DNA of 64,000 nt from a virus. Lineage: Duplodnaviria; Heunggongvirae; Uroviricota; Caudoviricetes. Position numbers and translations under genes: made by a program. The notes under the pieces are model-generated. The model saw only the letters and a program-made list of their open reading frames with translations. It ran no database searches and was not told the origin of the DNA. Each line of letters opens with the position of its first letter. Position 1 is the stretch's first letter. Positions 44,587-55,202 of this stretch are shown in pieces. The DNA lies in the IMG/VR virus record IMGVR_UViG_2706794668_000011; one strand, 5' to 3'.

Positions 44587-45474
44587 ATGAATCTGTGGCA
44601 AATGCTTTTGGCCCGTCGTGGTCTGATGGATGTCGCTGAAGCGCATGAGCGTGGAGGCGCTGGCGGTGTAGCTGCTGATAATGAGCAGAGTACACAAGAT
44701 CCTGACAAACAGGGTGAACAAAAAGAGCAGCCGAAGGGCGATGACGAATACGCTGGCATGACTCAGGAAGAGTTACTGGCCGAACTTCGTAAAACCAAGA
44801 AAGCTGGTGCTGAACTGCTGAAGGAGAACATGAAGCGCAAAGAGAAAGAGCGCACATTGGCCGATCAGCTTGCTCAGTACGGTGATATCGACCCGGCGCG
44901 TGCTCGCCAGCTTTTAGAGGCTGAACAGGCCGCAGAAAACACACGTCGTGAGGCGGAGCAAGCTGAACTGGAGCGTCGTGGTGAGTTCGATGCTGTTAAA
45001 AAACAGATGATCGAAGCACACCAGGCAGAGCTGGCACAGCGTGACGAACGTTATGCAGCACTGGAAAGTGAAAACGCATCACTGAAATCTCAATTAGTTG
45101 AGATGACCGTTGGCGCGTCATTTAGTAATTCTGCCTTCCTTCGTGACAAAGTTCTAATGACTCCCGCGAAAGCTCGCGTGATCTACGGTTCTCATTTTGA
45201 AGTCGGTGATGACGGTAGCGTAGTGGGTTATGACAAACCGGCAGGCCACAAAGATCGAGCTGTTCTGGTTGACGGTGAAGGAAACACGTTGTCATTTGAA
45301 TCTGCGATTGAACGCATTGTGCGGGCAGATCCAGAGGCTGACGCAGTCATGCGCAGCGAAGCCAAACAGGGTGCTGGTTCTAATAGCAAACCAACCCATA
45401 AGGTAGTCCAACAGAAGTCTAAGTCGACGATGGACAAGTTGACCTCTGGTCTTGGGAAAATTGGACTTAAGTAA
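44587..45474 (+). CDS. scaffolding protein
   Basis: 295 aa, highly charged and coiled-coil-rich; between portal and capsid. Confidence 0.6.
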   Translation: MNLWQMLLARRGLMDVAEAHERGGAGGVAADNEQSTQDPDKQGEQKEQPKGDDEYAGMTQEELLAELRKTKKAGAELLKENMKRKEKERTLADQLAQYGDIDPARARQLLEAEQAAENTRREAEQAELERRGEFDAVKKQMIEAHQAELAQRDERYAALESENASLKSQLVEMTVGASFSNSAFLRDKVLMTPAKARVIYGSHFEVGDDGSVVGYDKPAGHKDRAVLVDGEGNTLSFESAIERIVRADPEADAVMRSEAKQGAGSNSKPTHKVVQQKSKSTMDKLTSGLGKIGLK

Positions 45475-45499
45475 CATCTAAATCAAAGGGAATTGATAG

Positions 45500-46420
45500 A
45501 TGCCATTACTGCGTGAAGAAGCTGAAAAGCTATCCAATAATGAACTTGAACAGGGTGTGATCGAAACTATCATCGATCGCGATGACCTGTTTGCGATTCT
45601 GCCTTTTATGAAGATTAACTCGAAGGCATATCTTTATAATCGCGAAGCAACGCTTAGTGAAGCGACCTTTATTGATGTAAACGATACTATTGCGGAAGGC
45701 GCAGCAACATTCAGCGAACATGTTGCAAAACTGCGTATTCTGGCTGGTGACGTTGACGTTGATAAATTCTTAGCAACAACTATGTCCGATACTAACAATC
45801 AGTTGGCTGTTCAGGTTCGCCAGAAAGTTAAAGGTCTGGCTCGTGCATTCCGTCGAAATCTGATCTTGGGTAATTCTGAAACTAATACCAAAGCGTTTGA
45901 TGGTATTCCGCGTCTGATGCACAAAGATCAGAAGATCGACATTGCTGGTGCATCTATGACTTTCTCTATGTTCGACGAGCTGGTCGATGCGGTGAAAGAT
46001 TTGGGCGCTGACTGCATCATGATGCGTTCAGAGCACCTGCGTGCTTACCGTGCGCTGCTGCGTACAGTAAACGTAGGCCCGTCTGAAATCATGATGGAGA
46101 ACTTCGGTCGTCCTATGCTGTGCCATAATGGTATTCCATTTATTGTTAACGACTTCATTCCTAAAAATGGGGTTAAAGTTACTGAAGATTCAGAGCAGAA
46201 AACGGAAGGCCAGGAAGGCACTGCTAACATTTATTGTCTGCATTTGTCAGAAGAAAATGGTCTTACCGGTCTGTATGGCGGTGACAATGCTGGTATCGTT
46301 GTGGAGAACATTGGCACGGTACAGAATAAAGATGCAGTACGTACTCGTGTGAAATGGTACTGCTCTCTGGCGAATAAGCACGATAAGGCTATCGCTGCAC
46401 TGAACAATGTAAAAATTTAA
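45500..46420 (+). CDS. major capsid protein
   Basis: 306 aa; position and size; strong terminator downstream. Confidence 0.7.
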   Translation: MPLLREEAEKLSNNELEQGVIETIIDRDDLFAILPFMKINSKAYLYNREATLSEATFIDVNDTIAEGAATFSEHVAKLRILAGDVDVDKFLATTMSDTNNQLAVQVRQKVKGLARAFRRNLILGNSETNTKAFDGIPRLMHKDQKIDIAGASMTFSMFDELVDAVKDLGADCIMMRSEHLRAYRALLRTVNVGPSEIMMENFGRPMLCHNGIPFIVNDFIPKNGVKVTEDSEQKTEGQEGTANIYCLHLSEENGLTGLYGGDNAGIVVENIGTVQNKDAVRTRVKWYCSLANKHDKAIAALNNVKI

Positions 46421-46427
46421 CTAAAAT

Positions 46428-46450
46428 AATAGGTGTGTAATTACCTATGC
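46428..46450. promoter_or_regulatory. motif B copy (aataggtgtgtaattacctatgc)
   Basis: taggt/accta dyad 8 nt after the capsid stop. Confidence 0.5.
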
Positions 46451-46454
46451 TTAA

Positions 46455-46481
46455 GGGTGGGCTATACGCCCACCCTTTTTG
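46455..46481 (+). terminator. rho-independent terminator after capsid gene
   Basis: gggtgggc/gcccaccc stem followed by tttttg. Confidence 0.8.
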
Positions 46482-46517
46482 TAGGTTTTAAATATGCCTG
46501 TATAGCGAGAAAGCGTA

Positions 46518-46952
46518 ATGAAACCAGCAAAAATTCGTTTATTGGAACCGCAATTTTCTGATTATTCGGGAATGTTGTGTGGAGTTAAGTTTGAGAATGG
46601 GGTATCCGTTTCCGAGTTACCTTTTATCGACCAGCAGAGGATTTGTGCATCAATGCGCGCATCAACTGTTGAGGGTAAAAACGTTTCTCCATCTGCTGCA
46701 TATGGCGAACGTAATGATCTGAACGTAGATCAGATTGTTGAGCCATCAGCACCTGACATTGTTCCAATGAAGCGCGGAACGGCAGATGAACCAGCTAAAC
46801 CAATTCAAACTTTCACACGGGAAGAACTGGAGTCAATTGCTGATAGTGAGGGTATTGCCGGTTTACGTTTAATTGGGAATAAGATTGGTGTTAAGGCGAA
46901 AGGAATTGTCGAAATGATTGACGGCATCATGAAAGCACAAGGCGGTGAGTAA
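46518..46952 (+). CDS. hypothetical head-associated protein
   Basis: 144-aa ORF in head module. Confidence 0.5.
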   Translation: MKPAKIRLLEPQFSDYSGMLCGVKFENGVSVSELPFIDQQRICASMRASTVEGKNVSPSAAYGERNDLNVDQIVEPSAPDIVPMKRGTADEPAKPIQTFTREELESIADSEGIAGLRLIGNKIGVKAKGIVEMIDGIMKAQGGE

Positions 46953-47785
46953 TGGCGCAGATCGACTCGTATCGTAGCGGTGAAGCTGTTTCTCTTTCAT
47001 TTGCCTTCAACGTGCTGGATATCGAATCTGCCACCTACACAGTAAAGGACAGCACCGGGGCTATTCTCGTTGATGGCGAGCCGCTAGAAATTACCAGCGG
47101 TCAAATGTCGATTCCGGTTGTCGTGTCGGCTGAATATAACCAGCTCTCTGAGAAAGAACGAGATCTGCGGTACGTCATTGTGAAGGCTGTTGCATCGGGC
47201 CTTACGCATGAAGAGCGTCAAATGTATGTTCTGCTGAATACTTTTGAACTGTCGATACCAGAACAGTCGTTTGCAACTGTCGCTGATGCTCAAATGCAGG
47301 CGATCGATATGCTGAATGGGGACACTTTGCTGTCGGATGGTGAAGGCTTAATGCGCAAGCGTCTCATTGAGGCTACAAGACGTATTAAAACTTTACCGTT
47401 CTCAATCCGCAAAATTCTACGTATCGACTTTGACCGATACGATCGCCCTCAAAATATGCTGAATGTGTATGACATTCCGTGGGGAGCAGATGGAGCGTAC
47501 CGGCATGATTTAGTCGATTGGGAAAAGATGACTCAGGAGAAGTTTGAAGAGTTCCCTGACTACTTCAAAGAAGCGTTAATGCTAGCCGTTGTTAATGAAG
47601 CGTGTGAGATAGCAAATGGCAATGATATCGTCGCAGCACGAGAGGATGGCATTTTGTCAGAATCGATCGGTGAAACGACCAACATGTATCGTACAGGTAA
47701 ATCAGCAAACGTGCATGTTGCTCGCAGCACCTGGCGTTTACTGATCCGTTATATAGACAATCGTATGATTGTTCGACGTTCGTAA
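46952..47785 (+). CDS. hypothetical head-tail joining protein
   Basis: 277-aa ORF; ATG overlaps upstream stop. Confidence 0.5.
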   Translation: MAQIDSYRSGEAVSLSFAFNVLDIESATYTVKDSTGAILVDGEPLEITSGQMSIPVVVSAEYNQLSEKERDLRYVIVKAVASGLTHEERQMYVLLNTFELSIPEQSFATVADAQMQAIDMLNGDTLLSDGEGLMRKRLIEATRRIKTLPFSIRKILRIDFDRYDRPQNMLNVYDIPWGADGAYRHDLVDWEKMTQEKFEEFPDYFKEALMLAVVNEACEIANGNDIVAAREDGILSESIGETTNMYRTGKSANVHVARSTWRLLIRYIDNRMIVRRS

Positions 47786-47856
47786 TGTCTTTCTCATTAT
47801 TTGGTTTTGGAAGCAATAGTTTTGGCTGGCAATGAGATCGACAACAGGGAGAGAGC

Positions 47857-48201
47857 GTGAATATTTCATGGCAAACAGAAATTGCGATCTACCGCTTTGG
47901 CACAAAGAACGTCTACGGTGAAGCGCAATTGCAGTTCGTCAGGAAGACGAATGTCGGTGTAGTTAAATTCGAACAGAGTAATGAGAAATCGTCAGTTCGT
48001 GCTGATAGCTCTGGTAGTCGTGGCAAGGCGAGTCTGGAGCTGTTTGATGCTGTGTTAGTTGTCCCTTTGGAATCGGCTGTACAACTTGATGATGTACTGA
48101 TCCTTGAAGGTCAAAAATTAAAGGTGTCCAGTGTTCATCGCCGCTGGGGGCTACGAGGAAGACCTGGGCATCTTGAAGTAGGGGCGAATATATGGGTCTG
48201 A
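47857..48201 (+). CDS. hypothetical neck protein (GTG start)
   Basis: 114-aa ORF with RBS gggagag. Confidence 0.45.
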   Translation: MNISWQTEIAIYRFGTKNVYGEAQLQFVRKTNVGVVKFEQSNEKSSVRADSSGSRGKASLELFDAVLVVPLESAVQLDDVLILEGQKLKVSSVHRRWGLRGRPGHLEVGANIWV

Positions 48202-48665
48202 AATACGATGCGCATCAGTTCAAACGTGCGGGGAATAGACTCAACAACAGCCAGAAAGCATTTAAGCGATATCTTATTCGGGATATGGAAAAGCTGGCGC
48301 GTTTGGTTGAGCGCCTCAGCCGTGCAATGGCCCCGCTGGAAACCGGATCTCTGGAGACAGCCATCTTTGCTAGGGTGATTAAAGAAGGTTATTCAGGGCT
48401 GCGCATTGAGCTTTCTGTGTCTGGAGCAAAGCCACGTCAGGGGCATCCTGGCGTAGAAGTAGGTGACTATGCTAAGTACATGGAGCTGGGCAAATACCGT
48501 CTCGGTTATCTTTCTCGAATGAAGAACGTGACAAACCCACCAATTGAAGGTGTAAAACCTCGTGTTGGTCCACACTTTCTGGAAAGAGCGGTGGAAATTA
48601 GCGAGAAGCAGTTCTCCGAAGCGATTCTTGAGGCTGCCAAAAAAGCCGGGTTTACGAGAGGTTAA
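48192..48665 (+). CDS. putative neck/tail-component protein
   Basis: 157-aa ORF in the head-tail connector region; family assignment by position only. Confidence 0.45.
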   Translation: MGLKYDAHQFKRAGNRLNNSQKAFKRYLIRDMEKLARLVERLSRAMAPLETGSLETAIFARVIKEGYSGLRIELSVSGAKPRQGHPGVEVGDYAKYMELGKYRLGYLSRMKNVTNPPIEGVKPRVGPHFLERAVEISEKQFSEAILEAAKKAGFTRG

Positions 48666-48666
48666 T

Positions 48667-49050
48667 GTGTTTATTGAAGCATTTGCAAATTTGATGCAGA
48701 AGGCAAAGATTGGCACGGTAGGGACAGACATTTTCTGTCATTACTTACCTGCCTATGTCAAATCCGGTGTCCTGCTTATTAACCCAAATACCGGTATCAG
48801 TATCGATCATGAGTTACAGGGCTTTTATCATGAGTCGTTCACAATCATTGTGCGTGGCTCGTCAATTACAACGACTATTGAGAAAGCGCGTAAGATCATT
48901 GATATGTTTCCCGTAGAGGAAACGGAATCTGGAGAGGTCTATTTTCGACTTGTACGGCCTATGGCTATGCCTGTCGTTTATCCGAAAAATGATGGATCGT
49001 TAATAGAAGCCGGTATTCCAGTTGAATTTGCTGGCTATTTATTGAATTAA
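48667..49050 (+). CDS. putative tail completion protein (GTG start)
   Basis: 128 aa from GTG with RBS gagagg; the track ORF extends upstream into the previous gene. Confidence 0.45.
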   Translation: MFIEAFANLMQKAKIGTVGTDIFCHYLPAYVKSGVLLINPNTGISIDHELQGFYHESFTIIVRGSSITTTIEKARKIIDMFPVEETESGEVYFRLVRPMAMPVVYPKNDGSLIEAGIPVEFAGYLLN

Positions 49051-49053
49051 ATA

Positions 49054-49080
49054 AATAGGTAAGTATATACTTAAATATAG
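49054..49080. promoter_or_regulatory. motif B copy (aataggtaagtatatacttaaatatag)
   Basis: 4 nt after upstream stop, 44 nt before the major tail gene. Confidence 0.5.
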
Positions 49081-49123
49081 CGCAATGAATGCGTGAAATT
49101 AACGGAAAAAGGAGTTTCCATCA

Positions 49124-49861
49124 ATGTCTAATACCCATGTAAAAAACATCAAGCTTGGTGCCTGCAAGGTATCATTTGGTGGTGTGGATCTGGGTTACAC
49201 CAAAGGTGGTGTTCAGGTTGAAGTAGCCACTGAAACGCTTAAAGTTACAGTCGATCAACAAGGTCAGACAGTAATCTCTGAATTGGTTCAGGGGCGTAAC
49301 ATTACCATTACCGCACCTCTGGCCGAGTCTGTGCTCAAAAACATGGTCGATCTTATGCCTGGTTCTACTTTGAGCGAAGATGACAACTCCGTCACCATCA
49401 CATCTGCACAGGGCGTAAATCTGATCAACGTGGCGAAGGAACTCGTCCTGACACCGCAGGACACCACCGACTATGTGTTGACGCTCCCGAAAGCGGCAAC
49501 CGCTGGCAACTTCACTATGTCCTACCAGTCTGATGATGTACGTGTGTTCTCTGTTCAGTTCAACGCGTACCCTGATGATGAGGGGGTTCTTGGCAAAATG
49601 AGTGGCCCAAAACCGGTGAAAAACGTGACGATTACACCTGAATCTCCGAGTGTAAAGGTCGGGGCGACAGTTCAACTGACTGCTAATTTCACCCCAGATG
49701 ATGTAGTTGATAAAACAGGCGTATGGTCATCTGATAATAAAAAAGCCACTGTTGATCACACTGGTCTTGTGCGTGGTGTGGAACAAGGTTCTGCAAACAT
49801 ATCATTCACCAGCAATAGCGGTAGCAAGAAAGTAACCAAATTAGTGACGGTTAATCAATAA
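49124..49861 (+). CDS. major tail protein with C-terminal Ig-like domain
   Basis: 245 aa; RBS aaaggag; C-terminal ~80 aa look like a Big_2-type Ig domain; precedes G/GT and tape measure as in lambda gpV. Confidence 0.7.
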   Translation: MSNTHVKNIKLGACKVSFGGVDLGYTKGGVQVEVATETLKVTVDQQGQTVISELVQGRNITITAPLAESVLKNMVDLMPGSTLSEDDNSVTITSAQGVNLINVAKELVLTPQDTTDYVLTLPKAATAGNFTMSYQSDDVRVFSVQFNAYPDDEGVLGKMSGPKPVKNVTITPESPSVKVGATVQLTANFTPDDVVDKTGVWSSDNKKATVDHTGLVRGVEQGSANISFTSNSGSKKVTKLVTVNQ

Positions 49862-49928
49862 TCAAGCAACTTATTAATCTATAAATTGAGGCTCATGATG
49901 GGCCTCTCTTTTAAAAGGATTTTAACAA

Positions 49929-50246
49929 ATGACAAAATTACTCGATCTCGACTCCATCCTACCTCCTAAAAAAAGTGTCAAATTTGGCGGCCAGGAATAT
50001 CCCATCGTTGAAATGACGGTAGGTCTGTTCGTTTCCATTAAGCAGATGGAAGGTAAAGATCTGACCAATATGTCTCCTGTTGAGCAAGTGACAGCTTATG
50101 CAGATCTGGTTCGCAAGGTTATCCCTTCAGTGCCCGACGAAGTTCTTGAAAAACTGACTGTTCCGCAACTTCAGCAGATCTTCACCTTCGCTATGGAAGT
50201 GATTGATGAAGAAAACGAAAAAGCGGCTGGCGAAGGGGCAAAGTAA
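49929..50246 (+). CDS. tail assembly chaperone (G-like)
   Basis: 105 aa, acidic C-terminus, directly upstream of the tape-measure gene. Confidence 0.7.
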   Translation: MTKLLDLDSILPPKKSVKFGGQEYPIVEMTVGLFVSIKQMEGKDLTNMSPVEQVTAYADLVRKVIPSVPDEVLEKLTVPQLQQIFTFAMEVIDEENEKAAGEGAK

Positions 50247-50596
50247 TTTCCCGCGATGAATCCGGGACAAGGACCGTCTCAATAGATCTCGGATTCTATT
50301 TCAGTCGTATAGTTGCTCACTACGCCGTGTCGCCGTTAGAACTACTGAACATCCCTCTCACGATGTTCTGGATGCTCAGTCGCAACATCGACCGTCTACG
50401 TGCGGAAGAGGATGTCCGCAACCTGCAAGTCGCTCGCGCTGCTCAGGCAGATGGCGAGGGCGTGAAGGCGTTCATGGAGGGTTTGCAACTCAGGATTGGA
50501 AGACCAGTCGTAACAGATAAAGTCTACGATCCAAGCCAGGATAGGGCAGACCCTGACGCCAAAGAGCAACTGATGCAAATATTTGGCAGAGGATGA
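49929..50596 (+). CDS. tail assembly chaperone GT-like fusion by predicted programmed -1 frameshift
   Basis: The -1 frame is open from 50210 to 50596 and overlaps the last 37 nt of the G frame; A-rich slippery stretch gaaaaag at 50217-50223. Confidence 0.5.
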
Positions 50597-50603
50597 CAAG
50601 GGA

Positions 50604-53600
50604 ATGTCACAAAACGTAGAGTTTATCCTGTCGCTGGAAGACAAACAGTTTACAGCGTCAATCGATCGTGCGGGAAAACTGCTTACTCGATTTGGTGAGC
50701 AGGTAACAAAGCCTGCTCAAAAAATCCAAACCTTTGAACGCTCTTTGGGTTCGGTCGCCCGTATCATTGGCGTTCTGGAAAGCAAGCTCGATTCTACGGC
50801 AGATAAACTACAGGATGTAGCTGTCGGTTTTGAGCTTGCTTCAGATGCTACGCGTAAAATGCGTGGCAACATCACCAGCCTCAATTCTGGTCTTAAAGCT
50901 CTGATTGAGCGCGTCGATACGACAACTTCTTCAGTAGATAAACTCACCGCGTCATTACGTAAAGTGCAATCAGAGCTAAATGATTTCTCTGACTGGGCGA
51001 CCTATGCAAGCAAAAGCGCAAGCCGTTTTGGTACGGAGGTCAAAGAAGCCTCTGCGTCCGTGAGTGGCATGAATACGCGCCTTAACACCACGACGAAGCG
51101 ACTCAGTAATTGGGGTGTGACAACAAGCCAGGCTGCCGAGGGACTAAAAAAAGTTCGTGAGCAGATGGACGAAGTTATCGGACGTCAGCAACTCATTAAC
51201 AAGCCTGTACGCGTTCGCACATCAGGAAGCGGAAATGGTGGGGGTAGCGGTGGACGTGGTGGTTACTCTTGGCATATCGGTAAAAATAACGAAGGCAGTA
51301 TGTTCTCTGGCCTTCGTGGCAACATTTTCCTGCTTGGTGAGATCGGAGATGCTGCAAGAACCGTCACCAGTATCATGTTTGGTTGGCAGAAGCCTATTAT
51401 TGAAGCTGCGGCCGAAATGGAACGTATGCGGGTGATGCTTCGAGGGTTGAATAAGGAGAAGTCCAACCCGGGCCAGGCTGCCGCTGATGATATGAAGTAC
51501 ATCGTAGACATGGCTCAAAATGCGCCGTTCGCGATGCAGGCGTTAACAGACTCCTTCGTGAAGTTTCGTTCTGCTGGCTTAGATCCAACCGATGGTTCTC
51601 TGAAGGCGCTGGTGGACTCCGTTGCTCGTTTTGGTGGTGATAGTGAGCTGTTGAAACGTGCGGCTGTGGCCGTTCAGCAGATGTCCGGTAAGGGCGTTGT
51701 GTCAATGGAAGAGCTACGTCAGCAATTAGGTGAAGCCGTTCCTAACGCGATGCAGGCAATGGCAGACGCCGCAGGCATCACTATGGGGGAACTGACTAAA
51801 GCCGTTGCCAGCGGTACGGTTGAGGCAAAACAGGCGTTGTCTCTGATGTTTGTTGGTCTGCGTGCGGAGAATGAGAACGCAGCGAAAGACATGATGCAAA
51901 CCTACACAGGTGCGCTGGCGCAACTTCAGACGTCATTCACGTTATTTGCTGATCGGGTTGGTCAGGCCGGATATCTGGATTCTCTATCGAAGGGGATGAA
52001 AGAACTGGCTTCAATCATGAATAGCGCCGAAGGGATTTCGTTTGCCAATTCTTTAGGTTCGGGGTTAACGACGGCAATCGATGGGTTGCGTCAGCTTGCT
52101 CAATGGTTAGCAAAGAACCAAGAGCTGGTAATTAATCTCGGTAAGGTCGTGGCCGCGATGGTTGCGTTCAAACTGATGCGAGCAGGGATCATGGGAGTAG
52201 TTGGCGCAGGCAGCAAGATGGTTAGCACCTTTGCCACGATGGCGACCGCCATACAGACTCCATTTAACCTCGGCGCTACAGCAGTAACTCGATTCAATCG
52301 TGCGGCACGTATGGGGCTGGCTCCGATCCCCTCTCTTATTTTCGCCATCCGTGGGGCGATTACGGGGCTTAAAGGCGCTTTTGCTGGATTAACGGCGTTC
52401 ATTGCAGCAAATCCTATAGGGGCAGCATTTACAGTTGCCACTGTAGCTGTTGCTGGCCTAATCACGTACATGACCATGCTCCGCAGCGAAACTTCAAAGG
52501 TCGTTGACGAGATTAGGAAAATACCAGAGGCGATGACGGCGGCCAAACGTGCACAAATGGCCGACCGCGCAGAAAAGCTCGAAAAGCAGATTCTTGCTGA
52601 TCAACGAGCATTAAAAACTGGTGAGGGTGTTAATTACGTATCTAACTCTGCCGGTGTTATTACTCACAAAGAGTCGAAGGCTGACATCGAAGCACGCCTG
52701 AAAAAAAATCAGGAAGAGTATCAAAAGATAACCGGCACGATAGCTCTTGGTGACGGCGCTGTAGCAAAGCGTTTGGCTAAAGAGGCTGCCGAATCTCAGA
52801 TTGAGAAAATTCGAGCGGAAAACCAGATTTTCGCGGCAACATTCGTGAAAGCCCGGCAGGAGGCTCTGGATAAGATCCAGAAAATCAATGATGACGGTTC
52901 ACTTTCAGATGACGAAAAGAACAAGCTATTGGCACCGTTACGTGAAACGGTAAACAAAAGCTATCTGGAGCCTGCGCAAAAACTGGTTGATTCATTTTCT
53001 TCTCGTAAGAATGCTACCGAGAAGCAAATAGCGACTCTTAATGATCAGCTTGAAAAAGCCAAAAAGGATGGAAATACCGAGCAAATCCAGAAACTGCAAG
53101 GCAGTATCCGTGGTTATCAGGAGCATTTGGAAGCCGTTGCTCAGGAACTGACACAGGCAGAGTTCGAGAGAGATAACGCGGCCAAAACTGGTAAGGGCGT
53201 AATGTCAAACCAGGGGACTGTTCTTGGGTTAGGTACAACTGATAAAGCTGCTCAGAAGGCGCTGGCGCAATATATGCGAAACCAGATGGATTCTGCGACT
53301 TATCAACGTACTTTGCCTGACGGCACTCCGATGATGGACTTCGAAGGTAAGCCGATTATTGGGCCTAAACAACTCAAGACGCAGCTTAATTTGCAGAAAG
53401 CATCCAGTGCCAGCTCTCTGGAGAAAATGAGCGATGAAGAGCGTGCCGCAGCCATTGCCGCACTGACTAAAGCTCGTGAACAGGATGCCGCAGCCGCCGA
53501 GAAAGCAGCCCAACGATCAGCTAATGCCTCGCAGCGTGCGGCCAAGAAAGAACAGACAGCGCAACAGAAACTGGCAGCCGGATACCAGAAGGCTCTGGAT

Positions 53601-55160
53601 AAAGCCGATCAGCTTATGGGGCAAATGGGTGAAAGCTCTAAGGCTACGGTATCGTTTGATCAGTCTCTTCGCGATACAACGAAATCGCTGACAGATTTGG
53701 CTAATGCGGTTCCTAACGAGTTCATCACTCAAGAGATGATCGACAAGGCGAAAAAACGTCTTGAAGACCTCAAAAATGCGACACCTGAATATCGCGAGAT
53801 GTTTAATCGCCGCAATGTTGAGCAGATGATCTCCACCTGGGCACCGGAGTCGGATTCCATTATTAGTGCTGGCTATACGCCGTCTCGTGAAGAGAAAGTT
53901 GCTGATTTCGAAGACACCTACAACCGCAATCTCAAAGCGTTGATAGAACTTCGTGATAAGGCGTCTGATCCTAAAGTTGTGGCGCTTTATACAAAGAAAA
54001 TCAATCAACTGATTGCTGCTGGCAATACCGCGCTTATTAAAGAGACGGGGACTGCGACGCAGAAGTTGGCACTGGAATACGAAAACCTGGCAGAGCAGAT
54101 CGAAAGCACCTGGACTGATTTGTTTAGTGGCTTAACTGATGTCCTGACTGATTTCGTTATTAACGGGAAGATGAGTTTCTCCAGCCTATCTCAGTCCATT
54201 TTGAAAGATATCACCAATATGGTCGTGAAGTCGCAAATCACGCTGCCTCTAATGAACATGTTGGGGATGGGAACCACCGCAGCTGGTAGTTCACAGAGTG
54301 GTAATTTGCTGACCGGGGTTGCTTCCGCCGTTGCCAATCAAGGGGTACGAATGGGCAACACTGTTAACGGCGACAAGTCGGTAGGAGAAGCCACGAAGGA
54401 GACGTCCAGTTCGGTAACTGGATTAGGGCAAACAACACAGCAGACCACCAGCGCAATTGGCACTGCAACAAATGCGATTGGTAGCTGGGTATCAGGGCTA
54501 TTTGATAGCACTGAAGCCAAAGATGCCGAGACAAAAGCCGTGAAGGACTCCATCTTCTCGATGCAGAACCTCAGCTCTGTTACCGGCGCGCTGTCTGCCG
54601 CGTTTGCAATGCTTGGAGCTAATGCTTCCGGCTCTGGTAATAAGTGGTTGAGTTTTGGAGCAACGGTTGCATCTGGTCTTGTTTCAGCTTGGGCTGGCGG
54701 TGGTTTCGACAGCTTGACATCAAGCTCTGCTAAAACCGCAACCAGCAGTGTGGCTGACGGAACTAAAGGCATTCCTGCAATCCCGAAGTTTGCAAATGGA
54801 GGAATATTCGGAAAAGACGGCGTGATCCCGCTCCGGGCATACCAGAAAGGCGGTATTGCTAACTCGCCTCAATTAGCGTTGTTTGGGGAAGGTTCTATGA
54901 ATGAGGCGTATGTTCCATTGCCTGATGGCCGAACAATCCCTGTAACGCTCAGTACCGATGGTATGAGTGGAGGCGGAAATGTTCTTTCTCCTGTATCAAT
55001 TGAGATCAACGTCCATAGTGACGGTAGCACAACTGAATCCGGCGATACAGAAAGCATATGGAACAATGCCGCTCAACGGATGAAAGCAATCGCGCTTGAG
55101 ACTATCGCTCAAGAGAAACGCCCTGGCGGATCACTCAACCCAAACACTCAACGTAACTAA
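50604..55160 (+). CDS. tail tape measure protein
   Basis: ~1518 aa from first ATG (the track ORF begins at TTG 50583); long helical protein in the canonical position. Confidence 0.9.
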   Translation: MSQNVEFILSLEDKQFTASIDRAGKLLTRFGEQVTKPAQKIQTFERSLGSVARIIGVLESKLDSTADKLQDVAVGFELASDATRKMRGNITSLNSGLKALIERVDTTTSSVDKLTASLRKVQSELNDFSDWATYASKSASRFGTEVKEASASVSGMNTRLNTTTKRLSNWGVTTSQAAEGLKKVREQMDEVIGRQQLINKPVRVRTSGSGNGGGSGGRGGYSWHIGKNNEGSMFSGLRGNIFLLGEIGDAARTVTSIMFGWQKPIIEAAAEMERMRVMLRGLNKEKSNPGQAAADDMKYIVDMAQNAPFAMQALTDSFVKFRSAGLDPTDGSLKALVDSVARFGGDSELLKRAAVAVQQMSGKGVVSMEELRQQLGEAVPNAMQAMADAAGITMGELTKAVASGTVEAKQALSLMFVGLRAENENAAKDMMQTYTGALAQLQTSFTLFADRVGQAGYLDSLSKGMKELASIMNSAEGISFANSLGSGLTTAIDGLRQLAQWLAKNQELVINLGKVVAAMVAFKLMRAGIMGVVGAGSKMVSTFATMATAIQTPFNLGATAVTRFNRAARMGLAPIPSLIFAIRGAITGLKGAFAGLTAFIAANPIGAAFTVATVAVAGLITYMTMLRSETSKVVDEIRKIPEAMTAAKRAQMADRAEKLEKQILADQRALKTGEGVNYVSNSAGVITHKESKADIEARLKKNQEEYQKITGTIALGDGAVAKRLAKEAAESQIEKIRAENQIFAATFVKARQEALDKIQKINDDGSLSDDEKNKLLAPLRETVNKSYLEPAQKLVDSFSSRKNATEKQIATLNDQLEKAKKDGNTEQIQKLQGSIRGYQEHLEAVAQELTQAEFERDNAAKTGKGVMSNQGTVLGLGTTDKAAQKALAQYMRNQMDSATYQRTLPDGTPMMDFEGKPIIGPKQLKTQLNLQKASSASSLEKMSDEERAAAIAALTKAREQDAAAAEKAAQRSANASQRAAKKEQTAQQKLAAGYQKALDKADQLMGQMGESSKATVSFDQSLRDTTKSLTDLANAVPNEFITQEMIDKAKKRLEDLKNATPEYREMFNRRNVEQMISTWAPESDSIISAGYTPSREEKVADFEDTYNRNLKALIELRDKASDPKVVALYTKKINQLIAAGNTALIKETGTATQKLALEYENLAEQIESTWTDLFSGLTDVLTDFVINGKMSFSSLSQSILKDITNMVVKSQITLPLMNMLGMGTTAAGSSQSGNLLTGVASAVANQGVRMGNTVNGDKSVGEATKETSSSVTGLGQTTQQTTSAIGTATNAIGSWVSGLFDSTEAKDAETKAVKDSIFSMQNLSSVTGALSAAFAMLGANASGSGNKWLSFGATVASGLVSAWAGGGFDSLTSSSAKTATSSVADGTKGIPAIPKFANGGIFGKDGVIPLRAYQKGGIANSPQLALFGEGSMNEAYVPLPDGRTIPVTLSTDGMSGGGNVLSPVSIEINVHSDGSTTESGDTESIWNNAAQRMKAIALETIAQEKRPGGSLNPNTQRN

Positions 55161-55202
55161 CTATCGACTGCCCCGGTCGGGGCAGTCTCACAAGGATGTG
55201 AG

